The notes under the pieces: model-generated
Databases searched by the model: none
What the model was told of the DNA's origin: nothing
Seen by the model: the letters and a program-made list of their open reading frames with translations, nothing else
Shown here: piece by piece, positions 6,827 to 15,665 of the stretch
How positions within the stretch are numbered: position 1 is the first letter of the stretch
How the letters are laid out: every line of letters begins with the position of its first letter
Position numbers and translations under genes: made by a program
From: a virus
IMG/VR virus record: IMGVR_UViG_3300031953_000042
Length of the DNA: 41,847 nucleotides
Direction: 5' to 3' (one strand)

Positions 6827-9746
6827 TGAGAACCGCCTCGGCGTACTGCGCGGCCGTGCGAGCGTCTTCGACCGGGTCTTTACTTACCGGGTTGTGCATG
6901 TGAATGCCTCCAAGGTTGATCGTCTTCCCGGTGCCCGTCGAGCCGCCGCCGTCAATGCCGCCGACCGCCATTGTGCGTGCTCCGGCCGGTATGTAAGTTC
7001 CCCCGAATATGCCCGCAACGGTTTGCATAATGGACTCCGAACGGGCTCGGCGATCAAGTGCAAACGGAACGTATGCCTCCCCGCCGGTCTCTTGCTCGGC
7101 CCAAACGGTGAGGTCGCCGGCTCGACGGATCTGCGCTTGCTGGCCCGCGTTCGACATAATGCCGCCGTCGGCCATGTGGCGAACGTAATCAATTCCGCCG
7201 TATGCGTGTTCAGTGAGTCCGCGCACGTTGCCGCCAACGTCAACGACGTACCGCGACCGTATGAACGTCGCGAGCCGCCCCTGCAGATCACTAATTGCAT
7301 TCTTGGCGCCGACCGTGTTCACGATCGCTTCGGTTTCCGCTTTACTCGGAATCTTGAGAATCTTGTCCGCAAGGTTCGCGGCTTCGTCGGCGTTGAGCCC
7401 GAAGTCTTGCGCCCGTTTGATTAGTGCATCCCGTGACGCTTCCAACGACGCCTGAAAGTTCTGGGTGTTCCCGTCGACCGCTAGTTGAGCTTCCGCGGCC
7501 GTCCACGCGTCGTCGGCGAGTTGCACAAGCATGCCCATGTTCGTTCGGCCGGCTTCGCTGTTCGTGTCGAGCGTGTTCGTGTAGCCGTCGACCTTGTCTT
7601 TGGCATTCTGAACGGCTAGATCGATTTCCGCGAGGGTGTCTTTGTAAGCAATGTTCGTGGTTATCGCGTCCTGATTCGCGCCGTTGGCTTCGTTCAGAGT
7701 GTCCAAGAGCGAGTCGAGGGAATCTTGAAGCGCCCCCACTTCGTCGGAAGCGACAACATAGGCGTCGGCCGCGCTTGTCGTGGCCTCTTCCGCGTCGCCC
7801 ATGCTGAGCTTTATCATTCGCTGAGCGTCGACCAGTTCGTTCCCGGTCGTCACGTTGATGCCCTGTGCGGTGGCTTGCTCGATAAGGGCGTCGCGGTACT
7901 CCGGCATGGTGTCGAGCAGTTGCCCTAACCGCTCGTCCGTCATGTCGGTTTCTTCGGCGATCAAACGGAACGCGCGCTGCGCCGCGGGGAGGTCGCTCGT
8001 AGACAGTTCGCCGAGTTGCTTCCCAATGTCTCGAAGTCCGTCGATGGTTGCGTTCTGAGCGGTGTCGTTGTTGAAGCGTGCCCACACGTTGTCGGCCTCT
8101 TCGCCGGCTAGCTGTAGGTCTTTGTCGAGATTCTTCAACGCGTCGGAAGTGTCGGCCCAGTACTTCGTATCTTTGCCCTGTAGTGCAACGGTGAATATCT
8201 CGGCCGCGGTCTTCGCGGTCGTGAGTGAGTTCGTGATTTCCGTCGTTGTGCTTTGCAAACTGTCGAGATACTTCGAGAGCAAGTTCACGCCGAGCACGGC
8301 CGCCGCGATCGCGATTCCCCAAGGCCCGGCTAAGAATGTGCCGACCTTGCCGAGTGCGGCCGCTGTTGCCGGCATGTCAGTTCGGAGAATAGCCATCGCC
8401 GCGCGGAACTCGATCGCTTTCGTGATTCCGACCGTGAACGCGCCGCCGGTGATCAAGAGCCCGGCCGTGAGTGCGGCACCGCCTAGGACAACCTGTTGCA
8501 TCCACGACGGGAGTTCCGCGAAGCCATCCACAAGTTCGGTCGTTGACTGAATCAGATCGCGAAGCACGCCGTTAGCTCCGGCGCCCGTGTTGATCAGTGC
8601 CGAGTCGAACGCGCCGCCGAGCTTTTCGAGGTCGCCCTGTAGGTTGTTCTGGTTTATGCCGGCGATCTTCGCGGCGTAGCCGGCCTCGTCAACGGCGCCA
8701 ATCCAACCCTGAATGCCCTCGGTGCCCTCGTTGTAAAGAACGTTCGCGGCTCGAATAGCATCCGACCCGAACATAATCCCGAGCGCGTAGTCTCGTTGCG
8801 CCTGAGTGGAATCAGCAAAGCCGGCTTTTAGTTGCCCGGCGAGTGAAGTCAAACCGACGAAGTTCCCCTGTGCGTCGTAAGCCTGAATGTTGAACTCCGC
8901 CATAAGGTCGCGCTGTTGCGACGTCGGCGTTGCCAAGTTGAGCAGCATCGTTCGGAACGATGTACCGGCATCCGAGCCAATCAGACCCGCGGAAGCGAAC
9001 GCGGCGAGCGTTCCCGTTGTCTCTTCAACGCTGAGACCCATCTGGGATGCGACGAGGCCCGATTGCTTTAGACCTTGCGAGAGCTCGGCGACTCCACCTT
9101 GTGCTTTACCAGCGGCCGCGGCGAGCAAGTCGGAAACGTGACCCGCTTCCGAGCCTTTCAGTTTGAACAGGTTTAGCGCGGTCGCGGTGATCGCCGCGGC
9201 GTCGGCCACTCCGATTTCACCGGCGGCCGCCAAGTTGAGAGAACCCGCGAGAGCTCCGCCGAGAATGTCAGCAGTTGAGACACCCGCCCGGCCGAGCTCT
9301 GCCACACCGTCGGCGGCTTCCTTGGCCGTGTATACGGTCTCGCCACCTAGCGAGATAGTGAGCTTGCGAATTGCGTCGAGCTCTTCACCGTAGGCACCGG
9401 TGACGGCGATAGATTTCGAGAGAGCCGCGTCGTATTCGGCATACTTCGCGACAGAGAGCCCGACAACGGCGGCGATCGCAATTCCGGCGATCGTCATTCC
9501 CGTGCCGATCGTGCGCATTGCCGCGAGTCCCCGGTCGCCCATTGCGAGCAGTTCCCGGCCGGCCGCGCCAACACTAGCGCCGAGCGTTAGCGAGCCGGCG
9601 CTTGCTCCGCCGAGCGACTTCGAGAGTGCGTCACCCTTACCGGCGGCACCCTGCAAAGCGGCGCCGCCGGCGTTGATGTCCTTTTCAAACTGTCCGCGAC
9701 CCTCAACGGTCATACGGGTGACAAGTGCGCCAAGATCAAACGACAC
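6819..9746 (-). CDS. Tape measure protein
   Basis: It is the largest gene, Ala/Gly-rich with TM-like segments, and follows the G/GT chaperones. Preferred start is GTG 9746 (GAAAGG 8 nt upstream); the track start is TTG 9782 and ATG 9713 is an alternative. Confidence 0.85.
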   Translation of the reverse strand: MSFDLGALVTRMTVEGRGQFEKDINAGGAALQGAAGKGDALSKSLGGASAGSLTLGASVGAAGRELLAMGDRGLAAMRTIGTGMTIAGIAIAAVVGLSVAKYAEYDAALSKSIAVTGAYGEELDAIRKLTISLGGETVYTAKEAADGVAELGRAGVSTADILGGALAGSLNLAAAGEIGVADAAAITATALNLFKLKGSEAGHVSDLLAAAAGKAQGGVAELSQGLKQSGLVASQMGLSVEETTGTLAAFASAGLIGSDAGTSFRTMLLNLATPTSQQRDLMAEFNIQAYDAQGNFVGLTSLAGQLKAGFADSTQAQRDYALGIMFGSDAIRAANVLYNEGTEGIQGWIGAVDEAGYAAKIAGINQNNLQGDLEKLGGAFDSALINTGAGANGVLRDLIQSTTELVDGFAELPSWMQQVVLGGAALTAGLLITGGAFTVGITKAIEFRAAMAILRTDMPATAAALGKVGTFLAGPWGIAIAAAVLGVNLLSKYLDSLQSTTTEITNSLTTAKTAAEIFTVALQGKDTKYWADTSDALKNLDKDLQLAGEEADNVWARFNNDTAQNATIDGLRDIGKQLGELSTSDLPAAQRAFRLIAEETDMTDERLGQLLDTMPEYRDALIEQATAQGINVTTGNELVDAQRMIKLSMGDAEEATTSAADAYVVASDEVGALQDSLDSLLDTLNEANGANQDAITTNIAYKDTLAEIDLAVQNAKDKVDGYTNTLDTNSEAGRTNMGMLVQLADDAWTAAEAQLAVDGNTQNFQASLEASRDALIKRAQDFGLNADEAANLADKILKIPSKAETEAIVNTVGAKNAISDLQGRLATFIRSRYVVDVGGNVRGLTEHAYGGIDYVRHMADGGIMSNAGQQAQIRRAGDLTVWAEQETGGEAYVPFALDRRARSESIMQTVAGIFGGTYIPAGARTMAVGGIDGGGSTGTGKTINLGGIHMHNPVSKDPVEDARTAAQYAEAVLNV

Positions 9747-10511
9747 GGGTCGCCGCCTTTCGTGTGAGGGTTTCGAGTTCAAACAGTGAGAAACAACGGG
9801 CGAGCAGATACTGCCACGTCATCTTTTCGGGCAAGTCTTCCCCGTCGAGCCGGAGAGAGTAAACGCGTTCCAAGTCGAGCCATACAGACCCGCCGTCGGT
9901 GTCGTTCATGCTCTCCAGCACAATCTTTAGCCGGTCGTTTCGGGTGAGGGTTCCGCCGGGTTCGGGAGGTCGCTCGGCTTCGTCGGGGTGCTCGGCTCGG
10001 CGGCGGGCTTGCTCTCGTTGGTCTCGGAACCACTTCGGGTAACGGTATCGGGGGAAGATTCCGCGATCGTCTGCCGTGCCGATTCCAAACGGTGCCTTAT
10101 CTGCGACAGTAAGGGAACCATACGAAGCTGGAACGCCGCTAGCGCTTTTTTTCGTGCGTCTTCGCCGCCTTGCGATCCCATTTCGTCGAGCTCGAGCAAC
10201 GCTTTTACCGCGTCGAGACCGCCGACCGATTGCCAGAAATAGGCACACTGGGCGAGCATTTCGCCCTCATGTTGGCTCAAAGTCTCGTCGGCTCGCTTGT
10301 AGTTCTCCAAGCCGAACGAATTGATAACGTCTTCGTTCTGTGCGCCCTCGGCGATCGGAAGACCCTCAACGGCGAACAGATAACGGGTCGACAACTCCCG
10401 GCCGGCTTTGGCGCTCATAGGCGAGATAAGGAACGGCGCGATTGGCTCTTCCCCGTCTTCGGTCTGAACGGTCAAAGCAAGCCGGCGCCCCTGTAGTTGT
10501 GCAGTGATCAT
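9736..10511 (-). CDS. Tail assembly chaperone, -1 frameshift fusion (GT-type); shift at 10146-10152
   Basis: ORF 9736-10248 lies in the -1 frame relative to 9927-10511. The predicted junction is ...EDARKK/SASGVPASYG... Confidence 0.7.
9927..10511 (-). CDS. Tail assembly chaperone (G-type, frame 0)
   Basis: Lies between the major tail and tape measure genes. It contains the slippery heptamer and is overlapped by a -1 frame ORF. Confidence 0.8.
   Translation of the reverse strand: MITAQLQGRRLALTVQTEDGEEPIAPFLISPMSAKAGRELSTRYLFAVEGLPIAEGAQNEDVINSFGLENYKRADETLSQHEGEMLAQCAYFWQSVGGLDAVKALLELDEMGSQGGEDARKKALAAFQLRMVPLLSQIRHRLESARQTIAESSPDTVTRSGSETNESKPAAEPSTPTKPSDLPNPAEPSPETTG
10146..10152 (-). 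promoter_or_regulatory. Programmed -1 ribosomal frameshift slippery heptamer A_AAA_AAA
   Basis: Seven consecutive T on the plus strand. On the minus strand the zero frame reads CGA AAA AAA GCG, which fits X_XXY_YYZ. Confidence 0.75.
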
Positions 10512-10517
10512 TTGCTA

Positions 10518-11252
10518 TTACACCGCCGCCATGTATGCGAACGCGGCCGAAGCCCCGTCCGGAGTCGTCACAACAACGGGCGCCGAGCCGCTAACAGTCG
10601 CGGGAATCTCCACGCTGATGTTGCGGTCGTCGATAACCGTCGCCGTGCTGAAAGCCGCGACACCGCCGAACGTGAGCGCGGTCGCACCGGTGAACGAAAG
10701 ACCGCGAACCAGAACAACGTCGCCAACGGCCGCACCGATCGGAGTCACCGACACAACGCCGGGAACGATCGCGTCGTTGACCGGGTTAGTGATCAGCGTC
10801 GCACCGCCAACACTCGCGAGAGCGAACGCGAACCAGCCGGCGTCTTCGTCGCCCGTGCTCGGTCGGCTGTATTCGATCGTGTAGAGAGCCTCGAACGCGA
10901 AGTCAGCGCCGAGCGTGTCGAAGACGCGCACACGGATCTGGTTGTCTTCGTTGAGCAGTTGCGCCTTGGTGAGCATGTACCCGAGCTCGTCTTGGTACTG
11001 TTCCGACGCGTCGCGAACGATCTCAACGTTGAACGCCAAGTTCATGTCGCGGGCGTAAGTGTTGGGGCGTGCGCGGCCCTTTGTGGCGTAGCTCGAACGG
11101 TTCCGAGTCTTCGCCTGTGGCTGTGGGTTTAGCGCCGTAATATCCGGCACGTTGACCCAAGCGGCACCCATCCAGATGTCAACGCCGAGTTCGTAGGCGT
11201 TTCCGGGGGTGCCGTCGGTTGGGGCGAGAGTGTCCCAATCTGCTGTAGGCAT
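10518..11252 (-). CDS. Major tail protein with C-terminal Ig-like (IPT/TIG-type) domain
   Basis: Positioned upstream of the chaperones. The C-terminus VVSVTPIGAAVGDVVLVRGLSFTGATALTFGG...SVEIPA...APVVVTTPDG looks like an IPT/TIG fold. Confidence 0.8.
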   Translation of the reverse strand: MPTADWDTLAPTDGTPGNAYELGVDIWMGAAWVNVPDITALNPQPQAKTRNRSSYATKGRARPNTYARDMNLAFNVEIVRDASEQYQDELGYMLTKAQLLNEDNQIRVRVFDTLGADFAFEALYTIEYSRPSTGDEDAGWFAFALASVGGATLITNPVNDAIVPGVVSVTPIGAAVGDVVLVRGLSFTGATALTFGGVAAFSTATVIDDRNISVEIPATVSGSAPVVVTTPDGASAAFAYMAAV

Positions 11253-11291
11253 TTCTTACTTCCTTTGTTCGTTGGTTTCCCCGGTTGGGGC

Positions 11292-11750
11292 TTATCGGTT
11301 CACACTGGGCAAGAGCCCGCGGAACGTGTAGTTAGCGGTCGCACCGGGTCGGCGGCTTGCGTCGCTCCCAATGTTGCCCGCTGAGTTGAACAAAACGGCG
11401 CCGACTCGCACGGCTCCGAATTGGTAGTGGCTAAGACGGTGCAACCGGCGGAACAGTAGCCCCGTGAAGTTGAGACCGTCGAGCGGGTCGGCGCCAACGC
11501 CACCGCGCCAATTGATGCCGACCGAAGTCGCTGCGATCTGCCCGCGAACGATCGCGCTCGGCCGCACAGTCAGCAGCACCCGTTCGTCGGGAGTGTTCGC
11601 CGGCTCATTCGGCCCGAAGTAAAGCGGGCGAACGTCGTCGGTTCCATACTTTGCGGCATCCGAGTAACTAACGATGTCCCATTCGGCGAGCGCTTCCGCA
11701 AGTCCAAGAGCGAGCCCCGCTTCCATGCTGTTAGGCGTTATAGACGGCAT
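11292..11750 (-). CDS. Tail terminator protein (by position)
   Basis: 152 aa directly upstream of the major tail gene. ATG at 11750 with GGAAAGGAA upstream. Confidence 0.55.
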   Translation of the reverse strand: MPSITPNSMEAGLALGLAEALAEWDIVSYSDAAKYGTDDVRPLYFGPNEPANTPDERVLLTVRPSAIVRGQIAATSVGINWRGGVGADPLDGLNFTGLLFRRLHRLSHYQFGAVRVGAVLFNSAGNIGSDASRRPGATANYTFRGLLPSVNR

Positions 11751-12132
11751 CGATGATTCCTTTCCCGATCAGGTCGCGGTATTCGTTGCGGCGGCCGGCG
11801 TCTTCGTAGTTGCTCGCGACGTACCGGGCCTCGCCCGCGGGTTCACCGTTCGCGCCGGCCGTGTGTTGGAGGGTCTCGTCTTCGTGCTGTTTCGCCGCGT
11901 AGGGTGCGTCGAACACAAGGATGGCCGTCGGGGTGCCGGCGTTCGGTGTCGCCGGAACAACGGCCGCTTCGCCCCGCAAGTCGCCCTGATCGACGGGGGC
12001 TTTCTCAACGGAGTGACCGCGAAGCCGTTCAATTGCCATGTTCACGCCGTTAGCGCCGCCGACCTTTGAAGCGCCGATCAGCTTCGGCCCGTTCCATGTA
12101 AACCCGGTTTGTGCCCGGTAGCCGGAAGCCAT
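11731..12132 (-). CDS. HK97 gp10-like tail-completion / neck protein
   Basis: Starts at ATG 12132 (TAATG junction). Size and position are typical. LRGHSVEKAPVDQGDLRG resembles the gp10 family. Confidence 0.55.
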   Translation of the reverse strand: MASGYRAQTGFTWNGPKLIGASKVGGANGVNMAIERLRGHSVEKAPVDQGDLRGEAAVVPATPNAGTPTAILVFDAPYAAKQHEDETLQHTAGANGEPAGEARYVASNYEDAGRRNEYRDLIGKGIIDAVYNA

Positions 12133-12455
12133 TACGCGCACCAGAGTTCAGAGTGCGACGGTGCCGACGGGTGCGACAAGTGCGACACGTCAACGATCGA
12201 CACTTCGCCGCGCTCGGTAACGATTCGAGTCCCCGGCGTGAGCGTGCGGTCTAGCTGAGCAAGCATGAACACACTCGTGGTTATCTCCGTGCCGGCCGTT
12301 TCGCTCGCGGCTCGGCGATCAATGCGGAGGCTTGCTTTCTCTTCGACGTGCATCCGAACCGGCGCCGGCGTCGCGAATGTTTCGCCGCGGGCGTTGGCTC
12401 CCTCAAAGCGGGCAACGGTCACGGTCGATTCGAGAATGATCGCGGGGAGTCTCAA
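12132..12455 (-). CDS. Head-closure protein (by position)
   Basis: 107 aa. TTG start in a TTGA overlap with the upstream gene. Standard connector-module position. Confidence 0.5.
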   Translation of the reverse strand: MRLPAIILESTVTVARFEGANARGETFATPAPVRMHVEEKASLRIDRRAASETAGTEITTSVFMLAQLDRTLTPGTRIVTERGEVSIVDVSHLSHPSAPSHSELWCA

Positions 12456-12850
12456 CGGTGCCCCACAATCCCCGACTGCAGACCAGCGGCCGCGAGAGTC
12501 GCAAGAGCACGGGGAGAGTATGCGACGCGCTTCGAGTCGGAAACGGCCGTCGTCGAGTCACCGCGGGAAAGAGTGACGGCGCCGAAACGCATAGTCGAGA
12601 ACTGGGAAGCTGCGCCGGTGCCGGTGTCGCCGGTCTCTTCGGCACGCTCGAACTGTTGGCACGTCGCACGGGTGAGCGCGGTCGCGGTGGCTTCGTCGTC
12701 GACGTCGTATCGCTGATACCGGATAGCGGCGTTAATGTCGTCCTGAGCGTTGAGCAAGCCGGCGTTGATGCGCAACCGCTCGGCGTCGTCGTAGTCGTCG
12801 GGTACGCCCATAACTGCGGCATAGTCGGCGGCCGTTGCGTATGCGGTCAT
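12452..12850 (-). CDS. Head-tail connector/adaptor (gp6-like)
   Basis: 132 aa. The N-terminus MTAYATAADYAAVMGVPDDYDDAERL...L..A...I is typical of phage gp6-like adaptors. Confidence 0.65.
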   Translation of the reverse strand: MTAYATAADYAAVMGVPDDYDDAERLRINAGLLNAQDDINAAIRYQRYDVDDEATATALTRATCQQFERAEETGDTGTGAASQFSTMRFGAVTLSRGDSTTAVSDSKRVAYSPRALATLAAAGLQSGIVGHR

Positions 12851-12884
12851 GGTTTGCGCTCCCGTCGTTCTGAAAGTTTAGGGT

Positions 12885-12919
12885 GGTGCCCGCTCCCCCC
12901 CACTTGAAGAGCGGGCACC
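12885..12919 (-). terminator. Perfect 11-bp GC-rich hairpin after the capsid block (attenuator/terminator candidate)
   Basis: GGTGCCCGCTC (12885-12895) pairs with GAGCGGGCACC (12909-12919) across a 13-nt loop. It sits in an 86-bp gap. The downstream U-tract is only weak. Confidence 0.5.
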
Positions 12920-12936
12920 GGTCTAGCGTCGGGAGA

Positions 12937-13482
12937 TTATTCGCCCGAGTTGGCGTTGGCGTTGTCGCTGTTCGCGTCGTCGTCGTTGCCGGTCTTTGTG
13001 TTGCCGTCGGAAGTCCCAACGATCGGGAGCCCGTCTTCGCCAACCAACGGCGCGGAACCGTCGGCGTTCTCGATCGTGGCGGGAGTACGGTCGCCCGTGC
13101 CGTCGTCGATCGTGGCGGTTACGTTCTCGCCGGTGCCCTTGTCGCTCGAGTCGGTCTTCGTGGCGATCGCGTCGTTGATCGCTTCCACGATCTCGGCTTT
13201 CTTCCCGAAGTCCGCCGGCGTCAAACCGTGGAACGTGGCGAGTTCATCCAACTGTGCGCGGGTCAACTTAGCGACTTCGGCGGGTGCCGCGGTCTCCGAG
13301 TTGAACTGCTTCGGTTCGGTGGACTCGACGCCGGCCGAGACCGTGAAGCCGTGGCGGTTGAAGTATTCCAACTGCGCCAACTGCTTCCGGTCGTCGATCG
13401 TCGCCACGCCGTCAACGAATTGCACGCCGACGGTTGCCCCGGTGAACGTCGTCACCGGGCTCTTGACTGTGAGTTGTGCCAT
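12937..13482 (-). CDS. Hypothetical capsid-associated protein with HeH/SAP-like motif and acidic low-complexity tail
   Basis: 181 aa directly after the major capsid gene. LTRAQLDELATFHGLTPADFGKKAEIVEAI looks like an HeH motif. The C-terminus is rich in D, N, G and T. Confidence 0.6.
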   Translation of the reverse strand: MAQLTVKSPVTTFTGATVGVQFVDGVATIDDRKQLAQLEYFNRHGFTVSAGVESTEPKQFNSETAAPAEVAKLTRAQLDELATFHGLTPADFGKKAEIVEAINDAIATKTDSSDKGTGENVTATIDDGTGDRTPATIENADGSAPLVGEDGLPIVGTSDGNTKTGNDDDANSDNANANSGE

Positions 13483-13520
13483 TTTGCTACCTGTTTCTTT
13501 TGGGGTTCGTGGGGGAACGG

Positions 13521-14519
13521 TTAGCTGTTCTTGATGTTACGGAGAACCGCGGCGGCCTTAGTTGCTTTGAGAGCAACGGCGATCGGCCCGAGCTCAACTT
13601 CGCCCGTCTTCACGGCGCCGGCGGTCGTGTGATCGGGCAGCCAAGCCTTGACCATTGAGTCGCCGGTAGTCGTGACCGCGTGGAAGCCGTCCATGCCAAT
13701 ACGCACCGCGTACAGGTCGGAAAGACCGGTCTGGGCTACGCCGTCAACGGTTGCCGCTCGCACGGGGATAACCTGAGCAGCCGAGCCCGCGACCTCTCCG
13801 GCGTCAACGAATACGAGGTTGCCGTAGTACTCGCGGAAGATCGGGCGGCCGGCGTTGTCGGTAAGGTCTTCGATCGGGTTCTTCGTGTACTGACCAGCAC
13901 GGCGAGCAGCAGCACGCACGCGAGCGAGCGTTTGACGGTTTCCAATCAGCAACGACGGGGCACCGTCGAGCAGTCCAAGGAACTCGTCGATCGCGTCGAT
14001 TGCGCGGTGCTCGGCACGGGTTGAAGTGTCGAAGTCTGACCAGTCGGTCACAACGTCGACGCCGATTTCCGTTGAAGAGCCGGTGAGTGCCTTGTCGAGT
14101 CCGTCGAACCCGTTCGCTTCCACGGCGGTGTCGCCGTTGATTACTGCGTCGTTGAACTTGGCCTTAGTGGACTTGATCACCTGAGCCATTTGGAGAGCGT
14201 TCTCACCGGGGGCACCGATCGTCGCGATAACGCGGTCAATCTGGTACGAACCACCGAGCGGTGCGAGTGTCACCGTGTGAATGCTCGTGGTTGCGGCTCC
14301 GGGCGTGTACTCGGTGTTCAGAGTACGGAACGCGGCGCCGACCTGAGTCGCGAGGCGGCGGTAGCCGTAAGTCATAACGGCGCCGCCGCCCGACGGGTTT
14401 ACCGCTTGGTCATAGACCAGCGAGTCGAGGATTTCGGAAGACTTGCGGAACTCGTCGATAACTTCCGTATCGAGGTCGGTCTGCGCGCCTTTGCTTGCCT
14501 CTGCGAGTGTTACGGGCAT
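13521..14519 (-). CDS. Major capsid protein
   Basis: 332 aa following the scaffold gene. Composition and length are typical for an SPP1/HK97-fold major capsid protein. Confidence 0.85.
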   Translation of the reverse strand: MPVTLAEASKGAQTDLDTEVIDEFRKSSEILDSLVYDQAVNPSGGGAVMTYGYRRLATQVGAAFRTLNTEYTPGAATTSIHTVTLAPLGGSYQIDRVIATIGAPGENALQMAQVIKSTKAKFNDAVINGDTAVEANGFDGLDKALTGSSTEIGVDVVTDWSDFDTSTRAEHRAIDAIDEFLGLLDGAPSLLIGNRQTLARVRAAARRAGQYTKNPIEDLTDNAGRPIFREYYGNLVFVDAGEVAGSAAQVIPVRAATVDGVAQTGLSDLYAVRIGMDGFHAVTTTGDSMVKAWLPDHTTAGAVKTGEVELGPIAVALKATKAAAVLRNIKNS

Positions 14520-14598
14520 TTCAGTTTCTCCTTGTTTCGGGGGGTTGGTTTATTGGGGTGCAACTAATCCCGAAACTCGGAGAACTGTCGGCGGGTGC

Positions 14599-15402
14599 CT
14601 AAGAGTTCATTTGTGCGGCGATCGCACCCTCGAGGCCGGGCTTCGACTGGCCCTTGCCGGCGCCCTGTTGACGGTCTCCGCTTCGTGCGGGGAGTGCTCC
14701 GCGGGTGTTAGCCGCGAACGTCGGGTGCTTTTCGACCCAGTCTTTGATTGCGGTAGTTAGGGCGGGTTTGTCGTTAGGTTCCAGACCTTTGATGACTTCC
14801 GCGAATCCTTTACTGTCCAGCAGTTGCGCCGCATTTGCTCCGGCGTCCGGCGCCGTTTGCAGCACCATATTCTCACGCTTAAGGCTCATGTTCTCGGCTT
14901 CGGTCTCTGTTAGGCGTGTCGTTTTGTCTGTGAGCGCGCCCGCGAGCTCTTCCGCGGAGGGTGCTTTGTCGTCTTCCAAGAATCCAAGCTGGCGGCCGAG
15001 CTCTTGACGGCGCTCTTCCGTCATGCCGTTTTTGAGGTCGGCGCGAAGAGTCTGGTCGCTCTTGCGTAGCCGGCGAACTTCGTCCTGCGTTTCCTTTGGC
15101 AGATCAGCGAAAGCGACGCCACCGACCGGGCCTTGCTTCGATTCGGCGCCCTTGTCTCCGGCACCGCCCTTGTCGTCGGAACTTCCGCCGGCGTCGTTGC
15201 TTCCGCCCTTGTCGCCGTCGTTGCTCGAACCGTCGCCACCGTCGCCACCGGTTCCGCCGGCATCCCCGCCGGTTCCGCCGTCACCGCCCTCTCCCGCTCC
15301 AAAGCGGATACCGCGCAAGGCGTGAAGAGTGCGGCCGAGAACGGCCATGCCGTCGGCGTCGCGAACAGTAGCTGGAATCTGGGTGGGCTTTGTGTCAAAC
15401 AT
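14599..15402 (-). CDS. Scaffolding protein
   Basis: ATG at 15402 has GGAGGA 7 nt upstream. A Gly/Asp-rich region is followed by a charged helical C-terminus (coiled-coil-like). It lies upstream of the major capsid gene. The track ORF extension to 15561 runs through a hairpin and is not protein-like. Confidence 0.75.
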   Translation of the reverse strand: MFDTKPTQIPATVRDADGMAVLGRTLHALRGIRFGAGEGGDGGTGGDAGGTGGDGGDGSSNDGDKGGSNDAGGSSDDKGGAGDKGAESKQGPVGGVAFADLPKETQDEVRRLRKSDQTLRADLKNGMTEERRQELGRQLGFLEDDKAPSAEELAGALTDKTTRLTETEAENMSLKRENMVLQTAPDAGANAAQLLDSKGFAEVIKGLEPNDKPALTTAIKDWVEKHPTFAANTRGALPARSGDRQQGAGKGQSKPGLEGAIAAQMNS

Positions 15403-15550
15403 TCGGAGTCCTCCGTGGGTCTCGGTTTTGTTCAGTGAGGGAACCGACCCGCACAGAGCAGGGGCCATGTGCGAGCCGGGAGTGTGTGACCACTCACCCG
15501 AAAGAATAGCTGCAGAGAGCCGAAACCGCGGGAAATGCGGGCGAGCGTGC

Positions 15551-15595
15551 AAAACCCCCAACGGAGAAACAGAGCGTGAACCGTGTCGTTGGGGG
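15551..15595 (-). terminator. Intrinsic terminator-like hairpin (minus strand) after the MuF gene
   Basis: On the minus strand, CCCCCAACG ... CGTTGGGGG is followed by TTTTG. It lies within a 263-bp non-coding gap. Confidence 0.5.
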
Positions 15596-15665
15596 TTGTG
15601 CCCGTCGGTTGGCTCGCGGTCTATGTCGCGCGAACCGGTAAACCCGACGGGTTGCGGGTGCTACT

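Noticed and set aside
14980-15320. Gly/Asp-rich repeat in the scaffold gene as a possible collagen-like or mobile repeat
   Set aside because: The repeats are irregular (GGDGGTGGDAGGTGGDGGDG..., not a strict GXY pattern) and lie in-frame within a normal scaffold protein. They are most simply a disordered linker.
15403-15665. tRNA or other classical RNA gene in the larger intergenic gaps (also 29142-29300 and 38684-38823)
   Set aside because: I could not fold a cloverleaf-compatible arm set or find conserved T-loop (GTTCRANYC) or anticodon-stem features. The gaps contain only simple hairpins.
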